40,875 nt of DNA from an uncultured bacterium (GTDB taxonomy: Bacteria > Actinomycetota > Thermoleophilia > Solirubrobacterales > 70-9). The DNA lies in assembly GCA_966211075.1 (NCBI GenBank), contig CBIHMQ010000001.1:1-40875 (forward strand), given 5' to 3'. This document shows, piece by piece, positions 31,394 through 39,862 of the stretch. The notes beneath the pieces were generated by a model, which was not told the origin of the DNA, did not search any database, and saw only the letters and a program-made list of their open reading frames with translations. Positions within the stretch are counted from its first letter, which is position 1, and each line of letters opens with the position of its first letter. The position numbers were made by a program, and so were the translations under genes.

Positions 31394-32349
31394 CGGGCCG
31401 AGGCCCCCAGCCGCACCCGCGGGTCCAGGTACGCGTAGAAGATGTCGACGACGGCGTTCACGAAGACGACGAAGAAGGCGCCGTAGAGGGTGACGCCCAT
31501 GATCGGCGGCAGTTCGAGTTTGGCGATCGCTTCCGCGGCGTAGAGCCCGACGCCGTCGATGTCGTAGAGCGATTCGGTGATGATCGCGGTGCCGGCGATC
31601 GTCGCCCCGAAGTCGAGCCCGAACAGGGTGACGATCGGGATCAGCGAGTTGCGCAGCACGTGCCGGGTCATCACCCGGCGCTCGCTCAATCCCTTGGCCC
31701 GCGCCGTCCGCACATAGTCCTCGTCCATCGCGTCGATCATGTTCGAGCGCAGCACCCGGCTGTAGAAGCCGATCGAGAGGACGGCGAGAGTGAACCAGGG
31801 CAGGATCAGGTGCTTGAACCATTCCCAGGGTTCTTCGGTCAGCGGCGTGTAGCCGCCGCTGGGGAAGATTTCCAGCTTGTAGGTGAGGAAGTAGATGAGG
31901 ACCGGGGCGATCAGGAAGACCGGGATCGAGATCCCCGCGACGGCGACCCCGGTCAGTACCCGGTCGAGCGCGCCACCCGGTTTCAGTGCTGAGAGGTAGC
32001 CGAGCAGCAGTCCGAAGAAGAGCCAGACGATCGCGGCGCCGATGCTGAGCGAGAGCGTCGCCGGGATCCGTTCGAAGATCTGTTCGTCGACCGGCAGCCG
32101 TGGTTCGTAGGAGGTCAGCTCGCCGCTGAACACCTTCTCCATCATCGTCAGGTACTGCCGCGGCAGCGACTCGTCGAAGCCCCATTCTTCTTCGATGCTC
32201 TTGACCAGGACCGGCGTCGCGTTCTTGCCGGCCAGCCGCTGCGCCGGCGGCGAGTTGGGGATCACGTTGAAGACCAGGAAGACGATCACCGAGACGAGGA
32301 AGAGAACGATCGCCATCCCGGCCAGCCGCCTGACGATGAAGCGCGCCAT
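31390..32349 (-). CDS. ABC transporter permease, OppB/DppB type
   Basis: 'MARFIVRRLAGMAIVLFLVSVIVFLVF' is a typical N-terminus, and the EAA-loop region 'YVRTARAKGLSERRVMTRHVLRNSL' is present. Confidence 0.9.
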   Translation of the reverse strand: MARFIVRRLAGMAIVLFLVSVIVFLVFNVIPNSPPAQRLAGKNATPVLVKSIEEEWGFDESLPRQYLTMMEKVFSGELTSYEPRLPVDEQIFERIPATLSLSIGAAIVWLFFGLLLGYLSALKPGGALDRVLTGVAVAGISIPVFLIAPVLIYFLTYKLEIFPSGGYTPLTEEPWEWFKHLILPWFTLAVLSIGFYSRVLRSNMIDAMDEDYVRTARAKGLSERRVMTRHVLRNSLIPIVTLFGLDFGATIAGTAIITESLYDIDGVGLYAAEAIAKLELPPIMGVTLYGAFFVVFVNAVVDIFYAYLDPRVRLGASAR

Positions 32350-33377
32350 CAGACCGAGGCCCCCTCCGGCTCGGCCGTGCCGGCGTGAGCCTCGAGCCGC
32401 ACCTTCGAGCGCGGGTCGAGCGCGTCGCGGAGGCCGTCGCCGACGATGTTCAGGGACAGCACGGTCAGCAGGATCATCGTTCCGGGGATGATTGCCAGCA
32501 GCGGCTGCGTGGTCAGCAGCTCCTCGCCGATCGAGATCATCGAGCCCCAGGACGAGTTGGGCGGCTGCACGCCGGCGCCGAGGAACGAGAGCGCCGCCTC
32601 GAAGAGCATGTTGTTGGCGACGTTGAGGGTGAAGAAGACGATGATCGTCGAGGCCAGGTTGGGAAGGATCTCGGCGAACATCACCCGCAGCGGCCCGGCC
32701 CCCTGGGCGACAGCCGCTTCGACGAACTCCTTTTCGCTCAGGGCAAGGACTTCACCGCGCAGCGGTCGCGCCATGTAGGGCACGGTGAAGACGCAGATCA
32801 CGAAGATCGGTACCCAGATCGAGCCGCCGGACAGTTCGAGCGGGCCGATCTTGAGGCCGCCGACGGCTAAGGAGACGCCGAGCGCGATCCCGAACAGCAG
32901 CACCGGCAACGACCAGATCACGTCGAGGGTGCGGGCGATCACGGCGTCGACCCAGCCCCGGTAGTAGCCGGCGAGGAGGCCGAGGATCGTCGCCACGATC
33001 GTCGTGATCAGCCCCGAGACGATGCCGATGAACAGCGAGGTGCGCCCGCCGTACATCAGCCGCACCATCTCGTCGCGACCGAGCCGGCTGTCGGCGCCGA
33101 GGAAGAACTTGCCGCCCGCTCCGAACCACTGCGGCCCGATCGGCAGGCCCGCCGGGCTGACCACTTCCCGCGTTTCGTCGCCGACCTGAAGTTTCTGCAG
33201 GGTGTGGGTCTGGTTCGGTCCGGTCTCGGCGACGTGCTCGGACCAGAGCGGCGCCGCCAGCACGAAGAGGACGATCAGGACGAAGACGCCGAGGAAGGCG
33301 ACCGCGAGCCGGTTGCGCAGGAACCGGTTGAGCGCGAGGCGCCAGGGCCCACGCTCCTCCGCGGCAACGCCCTCCAC
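32349..33377 (-). CDS. ABC transporter permease, OppC/DppC type
   Basis: Has an OppC-type N-terminus 'RFLRNRLAVAFLGVFVLIVLFVLAAPLW' and the EAA-loop 'FVEAAVAQGAGPLRVMFAEILPN'. GTG start. Confidence 0.9.
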   Translation of the reverse strand: MEGVAAEERGPWRLALNRFLRNRLAVAFLGVFVLIVLFVLAAPLWSEHVAETGPNQTHTLQKLQVGDETREVVSPAGLPIGPQWFGAGGKFFLGADSRLGRDEMVRLMYGGRTSLFIGIVSGLITTIVATILGLLAGYYRGWVDAVIARTLDVIWSLPVLLFGIALGVSLAVGGLKIGPLELSGGSIWVPIFVICVFTVPYMARPLRGEVLALSEKEFVEAAVAQGAGPLRVMFAEILPNLASTIIVFFTLNVANNMLFEAALSFLGAGVQPPNSSWGSMISIGEELLTTQPLLAIIPGTMILLTVLSLNIVGDGLRDALDPRSKVRLEAHAGTAEPEGASV

Positions 33378-33383
33378 CTTCGC

Positions 33384-35015
33384 CTACTTGAACTGGAAGC
33401 TGGTCAGGTGCTCGAAGAACGTCGGGTTGTAGACGATGCTGTCGAGGTCGATTTCGTCGGAGACGAAGGTGTTCAGGGTCCGCGTCCCGTAGGGCGCCCA
33501 GGGCGCCTGTTCCATGAACTTCTTGTCCAGTTCCGCGTAGGCCTGTTCCTGCTCCGGCCCCAGCTGCTCTTCGCCGAGCCGGGCGATCTCTTTGTTCAGC
33601 GCCGGGTCGCTGATATTGGCGAAGTTGGCGTTGTTGGTCGGCAGGATGCTTTCGCCGGCCAGCAGCGGCTGGAAGAAGTCGTTCGGGTGCGGGTAGTCCT
33701 GGAACCAATCCGACCAGCCGGTGTCGAGGTCGGCAGTCGTCTGGTTGCCGATCACCGTGAAGTAGTTGTCGGCGTTGAGGATTTTCAGCTTCGTGTTGAA
33801 GCCCATTTCCTTGAGGACGCCGTCGTAGTATTCGCCCGCTTCGTTGTTGGGGCTTTCGGTGTCGGTCCAGACGGTGATGTCGAGGTCCGACGGGTTCGCT
33901 TCTTTGAGCATGGCTTTCGCTTTCGCCATGTCGTGCGGGTAGAGCTCGAACTGCTGGTAGCCGGGCATCCCCGGCGGCAGGATCTGCTGGGTGCCGATCA
34001 TCTGGCCGGCGTAGATCCGTTCCAGGGCCGCCGGGTCGACCGCGTAGTTGACCGCCTGGCGGACCTTCGGGTCGTCGAACGGCGGCCGTTTCATGTTCAT
34101 CCAGAAGTAGTAGGTGCTGATCGTCGGCCGGACGACGAACTGGGTGCCCTCGAACTTGCTCTTCACTTCCTGGTAGCGAGAGGCCGGGATCGGGTTCTGC
34201 ATCCAGTCGTATTTGCCCTGTTCGACGCCATTGACCTGGGTCTCGGGGTTGCGGACGACGGTCACGATCGCCTTGTCGACGTGGCCGCTCGGGTAGTCGG
34301 GCATCGCTTCGGAATTGGCCTTCGCCCAGTACGGGTTGCGCTCGTATTCCCAGCCGCGGCCCGGTTTCGAGTTGACGATCATGTAGGGACCGGTGGCCGG
34401 CGGCGGGTCCGCCGAGAGGTCTTCGTTGGGCGTCCCGGCCGGGATCGGCGCCACGAACATCAGCGCCAGCTCGTTGGTCAGCGTGCCCCGCGGTTTCGTC
34501 AGTTCGATGACGATTTCGCCGGTCCTGTCGTTGGTCTTGATGCCGGGGATGCCGCCGCTCTTCGTTTCGGCGAACTTCTCGGCGCCGACGATGCCGGTGT
34601 AGAACGGCGAGCCGCCCGAGTTGACCTTGAACATCCGTTCCACGGCGTAGGTGAAATCGGAGGCCTTGACCGGCTTGCCGTTGGAGTATTTGAGGCCGGG
34701 GCGGAGAAAGAGGGTGTAGGTCCTGCCGTCTTTGCTGATCTCCGGCAGGTCTTTGGCGAGGCCGGGGATCACTTCGCTGCCCGCCTTGCCTTCGGCGCCC
34801 TTGTAGGTCAGCAGCGGGATGTAGACCTCGCCCATCGCCGTCCAGCCTTCCGCCGTGTAGGAGAGCTGCGGGTCCATGTAATCCGGGAAGGAGGCGTAGG
34901 TGACGTCGAGCGTGCCGCCCTCCTTGCCGCCGGAGTCGCTTCCGCAGGCGACCAGTCCGACCGACATGAGCACTGCGACGCCGAGCACCGCGATTATCGA
35001 GAAACCCCTCTTCAA
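33384..35015 (-). CDS. ABC transporter substrate-binding lipoprotein, family 5 (peptide/nickel/opine type)
   Basis: Lipoprotein signal 'MKRGFSIIAVLGVAVLMSVGLVACGS'. At 543 aa the composition is typical of SBP_bac_5. The TTG start overlaps the upstream MFS stop (TTGA). Confidence 0.88.
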   Translation of the reverse strand: MKRGFSIIAVLGVAVLMSVGLVACGSDSGGKEGGTLDVTYASFPDYMDPQLSYTAEGWTAMGEVYIPLLTYKGAEGKAGSEVIPGLAKDLPEISKDGRTYTLFLRPGLKYSNGKPVKASDFTYAVERMFKVNSGGSPFYTGIVGAEKFAETKSGGIPGIKTNDRTGEIVIELTKPRGTLTNELALMFVAPIPAGTPNEDLSADPPPATGPYMIVNSKPGRGWEYERNPYWAKANSEAMPDYPSGHVDKAIVTVVRNPETQVNGVEQGKYDWMQNPIPASRYQEVKSKFEGTQFVVRPTISTYYFWMNMKRPPFDDPKVRQAVNYAVDPAALERIYAGQMIGTQQILPPGMPGYQQFELYPHDMAKAKAMLKEANPSDLDITVWTDTESPNNEAGEYYDGVLKEMGFNTKLKILNADNYFTVIGNQTTADLDTGWSDWFQDYPHPNDFFQPLLAGESILPTNNANFANISDPALNKEIARLGEEQLGPEQEQAYAELDKKFMEQAPWAPYGTRTLNTFVSDEIDLDSIVYNPTFFEHLTSFQFK

Positions 35016-36319
35016 GGCAGCACCTCCGGGTCGGGCTTGACTGGTCTGCTCCCCGGGATCAACTCCAACACAACGTCGTTGCCCGAGTCAAACGATCGTG
35101 GACCCATGCTTGCACCGCGTTCGGACCACTTCGAGCCGAGCAGCGGAGCCATGATCGCGACGATCGCGAAGACACCGGCGCCGGCGACCACGAAGGTCAT
35201 CCGGGGGTCGAAGACGCTGGTCACCAGGCCGCCGACGATGAAGCCGATGCCGGGCATCGCCGCGCCGATCGACTCCAGCACGCTCATCACCCGCGCCTGC
35301 ATTCCGGCCACGGTCAGCTCCTGAACCGCGCTGATCGCGGTCACCCACTGGACCCCGTTGCCGGCGCCGCCGACGACCGAGGCGACGCAGGCGAGGGCGA
35401 GGTTGGGCGCCGCCGCCAGCCCCAGGTAGCCGGCGCCGACGGCGAGGGTGCTGAAGAAGAGCAGGAGGGGGAGGGGGGCCTTGCGGATGCTGGCGAAGAC
35501 GAGGCTGCCGACGACCATCCCGCCGCCCCAGCTGGCCAGCATCAACCCGTAGCCGGAATCGCCGACCCCAAGCGTCTCCTTGGCGTAGATGACCTCGACC
35601 GGGATCACCGCGGCGAAGAAAACGAAGGCCGCGCCCTGGGCGGTGAGCAGCAGCCGCAGCGCCCGCTTCTCGCGCAGGTAGGCGATTCCGGCCCGAACCC
35701 GATCCCGCATCCGACCCGGTTCGGGCTCCGCCTGCGGCAGCGGCCCGGCGGTGAGGAGGATCCAGGCGATCGCGTAGAAGGACACGGCGTCGAGCAGCAG
35801 GGCCGTCTGCACGCTGGACCCGGCGACGACGAGGCCCGCCATGGCGGGGCCGAGAGCAGCCCCGGCCGTGAAGGCGACGTTGAGCAGGGCGTTCCCCGCC
35901 CGCAGCTCCCCGGCCGGCTCCAGCAGCGCCACCACGACCGCCCTCGTCAGCGAGCGGCCGGTCAGCGCCAGGGCGCCGTCGATCGTCGCCACCGCGATCA
36001 CCGCCGCCAGCGAGAAGTCGGCGGCGAGCAGCGCCAGGACGCCGAAGGCGGCGGCCTCGCCGCAATAGATGACCGGCAGCACGAAGCGCGGCGGCGGGCG
36101 CTCGCTGCGGGTGACCAGCAGCGGCGCCAGCAGGGCCGGCAGAAAGCGGGTCCCGAGGAACAGGGCGGTCGTGGCCAGGGCGCTGTCGGTCTTCTCGAAG
36201 ACCAGCACCGAGAGGGCGACGATTCCCATCCAGTCGCCCAGCTCGTTGATCGCGTAGGTCGTCGCCAGTCGCCGAAAGGCCGGCCGCCTCAACGGCTCTA
36301 TCAAGCCCCGCCTACGCAT
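35012..36319 (-). CDS. MFS transporter, EntS-like (MFS_3) exporter family
   Basis: 'FRRLATTYAINELGDWMGIVALSVLVF' N-terminus with about 12 TM segments. It is the first gene of the operon that continues into the ABC importer genes. Confidence 0.85.
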   Translation of the reverse strand: MRRRGLIEPLRRPAFRRLATTYAINELGDWMGIVALSVLVFEKTDSALATTALFLGTRFLPALLAPLLVTRSERPPPRFVLPVIYCGEAAAFGVLALLAADFSLAAVIAVATIDGALALTGRSLTRAVVVALLEPAGELRAGNALLNVAFTAGAALGPAMAGLVVAGSSVQTALLLDAVSFYAIAWILLTAGPLPQAEPEPGRMRDRVRAGIAYLREKRALRLLLTAQGAAFVFFAAVIPVEVIYAKETLGVGDSGYGLMLASWGGGMVVGSLVFASIRKAPLPLLLFFSTLAVGAGYLGLAAAPNLALACVASVVGGAGNGVQWVTAISAVQELTVAGMQARVMSVLESIGAAMPGIGFIVGGLVTSVFDPRMTFVVAGAGVFAIVAIMAPLLGSKWSERGASMGPRSFDSGNDVVLELIPGSRPVKPDPEVLP

Positions 36320-36346
36320 AGATAGCCGTGCGTACTACTGCATTTC

Positions 36347-36379
36347 TGCACAAGTTTCCTTGCAAGTGCACAACTTTCG
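36347..36379 (+). repeat. two direct copies of a 13-bp box spaced exactly 20 bp, in an AT-rich intergenic region
   Basis: TGCACAAGTTTCC (36347) and TGCACAACTTTCG (36367). Degenerate inverted copies are TGCCAAGTTTGT (complement of 36393..36404) and TGCAAGAACTTCC (complement of 36412..36424). Confidence 0.45.
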
Positions 36380-36439
36380 GCGAAGCTGTGCTACAAACTT
36401 GGCAGCGATTTGGAAGTTCTTGCACGTAGCGCACAGCTA

Positions 36440-36572
36440 AACAGGCTTCAACTCAAGGAGGGACTCGGCATGGGCTTCAAGCACTAGAACGCTTCTCTCG
36501 GACGGTTTGAAGCGTCCGTTCTTAAGTTTGAGTGTGCGAAGGGCGCCCCCCCTGGGGCGCCCTTCGCTTTTT
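36440..36572 (+). ncRNA. candidate small RNA or attenuating leader: SD + 5-codon mini-ORF + competing hairpins + terminator
   Basis: AAGGAGG (36455..36461) lies 8 nt before ATG 36470, and the mini-ORF MGFKH stops at 36485..36487. Hairpin ACGCTTC (36489..36495) / GAAGCGT (36509..36515) competes with CGGACG (36499..36504) / CGTCCG (36513..36518). The terminator at 36536..36572 follows. The 5' end is unknown. Confidence 0.3.
36536..36572 (+). terminator. canonical intrinsic terminator (plus-strand orientation)
   Basis: Perfect 14-bp stem GCGAAGGGCGCCCC / GGGGCGCCCTTCGC, loop CCCT, followed by TTTTT. There is no T-run on the opposite strand. Confidence 0.75.
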
Positions 36573-36823
36573 CGGGGCGAAAGCCACTCGACCTGCCCGG
36601 TCGGGGATCCTCGCTGAGGGCGCGAAACCGGAGGTTCTGCGGAGTTTGGGAGATTTTGGTCATCCGGCCAGCCGCCTTGCCTATTGCCCAGGCCGGGTCT
36701 AACTTTTGAAGCCGCTAGAGCGGGCATCGACGCGGCCTGCGCTGCCAGCTGGCGCAGGGAAAGGCCGCGCGCCCCTGAATCTCTAGCCGAAACCGGTCCC
36801 CCAGCCCCCGAAACCCAGAGGAA

Positions 36824-38230
36824 ATGGTCCAGACTCGCCCCACGCGCCTTGCGATCGCAGGGATGTTCGCGAGCCTCGGCGTGGTCATCGCCGTCGGGAT
36901 CTGGCGGGCCCCGCAGTGCGATTGGGACCTGGGGCTGTTCGCGGTCCTGTTCGGCTTCGCGGTGCTCAGCGATCTCACCGCCGTCGAGACCGAATCCCGG
37001 GTCAAGGTATCCGGCAGCTTCCTTGCCCTGGTCGTCGCGATGGTGCTGCTCGGCGGCACGCCGGCGGCGCTGATCGGGGTCGGCTGCATCGTGATCGGCT
37101 GGTTGGTCTCCCGCCAGCGGGACCCGCTGCACTACTTCCTCGACAACATCCTCACCTACGCGACGTTCCCGCTGATCGGCGGCATCGTCTTCCACGAGGT
37201 CGTCGCCGCCACCGGCATCACCCTCTCCGACGCGTGGTTCTACCTGCTGGTCTTCGCGCTCTTCCAGCTCGCCCTGACGATCAACTTCGTGATGATCGCC
37301 AGCTACGGCTGCTACGTCGAGCGCTCCTCCTTCAAAACCAAGCTGCGAGTGCTGCCGCCCGTGCTCCCCTCCGAGTTCGCCAGCGCCATGCTCGCCGTGG
37401 CGGTCGCTTTCATCTACCACCAGATCGGGATCTCGGCGATCGCCCTCTTCGGCGTCGTCCTCGTCACCTTCCAGTACCTCCTCGGCCAGTTGCTGCTCTC
37501 CCAGCAGCGGGCCAGCGAGCTGGAGCTGCGCAGCAAGCAGCTGGCCAGCTTCCAGGTCGGGATGTTGAGCGCGATGCTGCGCACCCTCGACCTGCGGGAC
37601 CAGATGACCGCCCGCCACAGCGCCGCCGTGGCCCGCTACTCGCGGGCGATCGCCCAGCGGGCCGGCTACTCGCGCCGCGAGGAGGAGCTGGTCCACATCG
37701 CCGCGCTGCTGCACGACATCGGCAAGTTCATCCTCCCCGACCGGATCCTCAAGGCCAACGTGCCGCTCACCGACGAGGACTGGATGCTGATCAAGCGCCA
37801 CCCCCAGCAGGGCGCCCGGGTCGTCTCCTCACTGGACGGCTACGGCCCGGTGGCGGAGATCATCCTCGCCCACCACGAGCGGATCGACGGCAAGGGCTAC
37901 CCGCGGGGCCTGGCCGGGGACGAAATCCCCGAGCTGGCCCGGATCATCTCCGTCGCCGACACCTACGACGTGATGACCGCCCGCGACTCCTACCGGACGC
38001 CGATGTCGAGCCACGACGCGATCGTCGAGCTGCGCCGGGTCGCCGGCAAACAGCTCGACGCCCGCTTCGTCGAGGTCTTCATCGAGCTGCTCGAAGGTCA
38101 GGACGTCTCCTTCCAGCACGGTGAGGCGGCCGACTTCGAGAAGGAGCTCGCGCTCGAGGCCCGGATCGCCGAGACCGCCAGCCCCAGCGGCGGCGGCGCC
38201 AGCCGCTTCCAGGTCGCCGGCGTCAACTGA
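36824..38230 (+). CDS. membrane-anchored HD-GYP domain c-di-GMP phosphodiesterase
   Basis: The N-terminal ~200 aa carry about 6-7 TM helices. The HD-GYP blocks 'AALLHDIGK' and 'HHERIDGKGYPRGL' are present. Confidence 0.9.
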   Translation: MVQTRPTRLAIAGMFASLGVVIAVGIWRAPQCDWDLGLFAVLFGFAVLSDLTAVETESRVKVSGSFLALVVAMVLLGGTPAALIGVGCIVIGWLVSRQRDPLHYFLDNILTYATFPLIGGIVFHEVVAATGITLSDAWFYLLVFALFQLALTINFVMIASYGCYVERSSFKTKLRVLPPVLPSEFASAMLAVAVAFIYHQIGISAIALFGVVLVTFQYLLGQLLLSQQRASELELRSKQLASFQVGMLSAMLRTLDLRDQMTARHSAAVARYSRAIAQRAGYSRREEELVHIAALLHDIGKFILPDRILKANVPLTDEDWMLIKRHPQQGARVVSSLDGYGPVAEIILAHHERIDGKGYPRGLAGDEIPELARIISVADTYDVMTARDSYRTPMSSHDAIVELRRVAGKQLDARFVEVFIELLEGQDVSFQHGEAADFEKELALEARIAETASPSGGGASRFQVAGVN

Positions 38231-38261
38231 GTCCCCAGCGTGCGCGGTATACGGTGAGCGG

Positions 38262-39296
38262 ATGAGGGCTGTGACGTTCCAGGCGCCGGGGGAGGTGCGG
38301 GTTGATGAGAAGCCCGATCCCGAGCTTGTGGCGGCAGATGACGCCGTCGTCCGCATCGAGGCGAGCGGAATCTGCGGCTCCGACCTCCACATCTACCACG
38401 GCCGGGTGCCGGTCGAGCAGGGCTTCACGATCGGCCACGAGTTCGTCGGCACGGTCCTGGCGGTCGGCGACGACGTCGAACGGGTCGCCGTCGGCGACCG
38501 GGTGCTCGGCTGCTTCCACACCGCCTGCGCGACCTGCGCCTCCTGCCTGCGCGGCGACTACCACCGCTGCCGCAACGGCCAGACCTTCGGGCACGGCTCC
38601 AAGCTCGGTGACCTGCAGGGCGCCCAGGCCGAGCAGCTGCTGGTCCCGCGGGCGAACCTGACCCTGCGCCGGGTCCCGGAGGGGATGTCGGCCGACGTCG
38701 CCCTCTTCGCCGGCGACGTGATGGGGACCGGATACCACGCCGTTGCCCACGCGGACATGAAGGCCGGCGACTCGGTGGCGGTGCTGGGGCTAGGCCCGGT
38801 TGGGCTCTGCGCCGTGCAGTCCGCCCTCGCCGGCGGCGCCGCCGAGGTCTTCGCGATCGACACCGTCGAGCAGCGGCTCGGCCTCGCCGCCCAGTTCGGC
38901 GCCACCCCGCTGCACCTCACCGAGGACGAGCCGAAGCGCGCGGTGCGGGCGGCGACCGAGGGGATCGGCGCCGACGTCGTCGTCGACGCCGTCGGCGATC
39001 CCGGCCCGCTGGAGCTGGCGGTCAGCCTCGCCCGCGACGCGGGCACCGTCTCCGGGATCGGCGCCTACGCCGGCCGCGGCGAGGTCCCGCTCGGCCTCGC
39101 CTGGCTGAAGGGCCTGCAATTGCGTCTCGGCCTCGCCAACGTGATCGCCCACGTCGACCGCGTCCTCGCCCTGCTCGAGGCCGGCAAGCTCGACCCGGCG
39201 CCGATGGTCACCCACCACATGCCGCTCGATCAGGTGGCCGAGGCCTACGAGCTCTACGACCGCCGCGAAGCGCTGAAGATCGTCCTCGCCCCGTGA
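38262..39296 (+). CDS. zinc-dependent alcohol dehydrogenase (MDR) family oxidoreductase
   Basis: Contains 'GICGSDLHIYHG', 'GHEFVGTV', the structural-zinc Cys cluster 'CATCASCLRGDYHRC' and the Rossmann 'VLGLGPVG'. ATG 38262 lies inside ORF 38121..39296. Confidence 0.9.
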   Translation: MRAVTFQAPGEVRVDEKPDPELVAADDAVVRIEASGICGSDLHIYHGRVPVEQGFTIGHEFVGTVLAVGDDVERVAVGDRVLGCFHTACATCASCLRGDYHRCRNGQTFGHGSKLGDLQGAQAEQLLVPRANLTLRRVPEGMSADVALFAGDVMGTGYHAVAHADMKAGDSVAVLGLGPVGLCAVQSALAGGAAEVFAIDTVEQRLGLAAQFGATPLHLTEDEPKRAVRAATEGIGADVVVDAVGDPGPLELAVSLARDAGTVSGIGAYAGRGEVPLGLAWLKGLQLRLGLANVIAHVDRVLALLEAGKLDPAPMVTHHMPLDQVAEAYELYDRREALKIVLAP

Positions 39297-39319
39297 GGCC
39301 CGCGAGCTCGGACGGTTAA

Positions 39320-39340
39320 GGCCCCTATAGGGGCCGTTTC
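39320..39340 (+). terminator. short hairpin plus T-rich tail after the ADH gene
   Basis: GGCCCC-TATA-GGGGCC followed by GTTTC. Confidence 0.4.
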
Positions 39341-39376
39341 TGACCGGGCTTTGCGGGGACGGGTTACGCTGAGGTC

Positions 39377-39829
39377 GTGCGCAGGGGGCGCCTCGCCATC
39401 GCGGTTGTTCCTGTCGCGTTGCTTGGCCTGCTCGGGGCTGAGAGCGCGCTGGCCTGCTCCTGCGCGCCGGCGTCGCCGCGCGAGTCGCTGGCCGGCAGCG
39501 ACGCGGCGATCGTCGGCCGGCTGCTCGGGGTAAAGCGGCTGGGCCCGGCCCGCGCCGAGTATCGCTACCGGGTCGTCCGCGTCTACCGCGGCGCCGGCGA
39601 GATCCGCGGCGGAACCGTGGCGAAAGTGCGCAGCGGCGGCGACTCCGCCTCGTGCGCGCTGCCAAGCGTCACCGGTCGCAACTACGGTCTCTTCCTTATC
39701 GGGGCCGGAGATCGCTGGGCTGGGGGAATCTGCGGGGTGGTCTCGCCGCGTCGGCTCTGGGCGGCGGCAAAGGGGCCGGAAGGCGCGGCGGAGGTGAGCA
39801 CCTCGCCCGGTCCTAGCTGTGCCAGTTGA
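39377..39829 (+). CDS. secreted TIMP/NTR-module-like protein (candidate metalloprotease inhibitor)
   Basis: The signal peptide ends in ALA, directly followed by 'CSCAPASPRESLAGSDAAIVGRLLG'; compare human TIMP-2 '[25 protein letters not shown]' (from memory). Further parallels are 'YRYRVVRVYRG', 'SASCALP...YGLFLIGAG' and 'GGICGVVSP'. GTG start preceded by GAGG. Confidence 0.6.
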   Translation: MRRGRLAIAVVPVALLGLLGAESALACSCAPASPRESLAGSDAAIVGRLLGVKRLGPARAEYRYRVVRVYRGAGEIRGGTVAKVRSGGDSASCALPSVTGRNYGLFLIGAGDRWAGGICGVVSPRRLWAAAKGPEGAAEVSTSPGPSCAS

Positions 39830-39862
39830 CTATGACAGCCCTGGGAGCTACTGTGCTGCCGG

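Noticed and set aside
36573-36823. c-di-GMP (GEMM-type) riboswitch in front of the HD-GYP gene, suggested by GGGGCGAAAGCC and GGGCGCGAAACCGGAGG
   Set aside because: The segments resemble GNRA-capped helices but do not reproduce the conserved GEMM-I core as I remember it (ACGCAAAGCC and the paired tetraloop/receptor layout). Without cmscan this would be over-interpretation.
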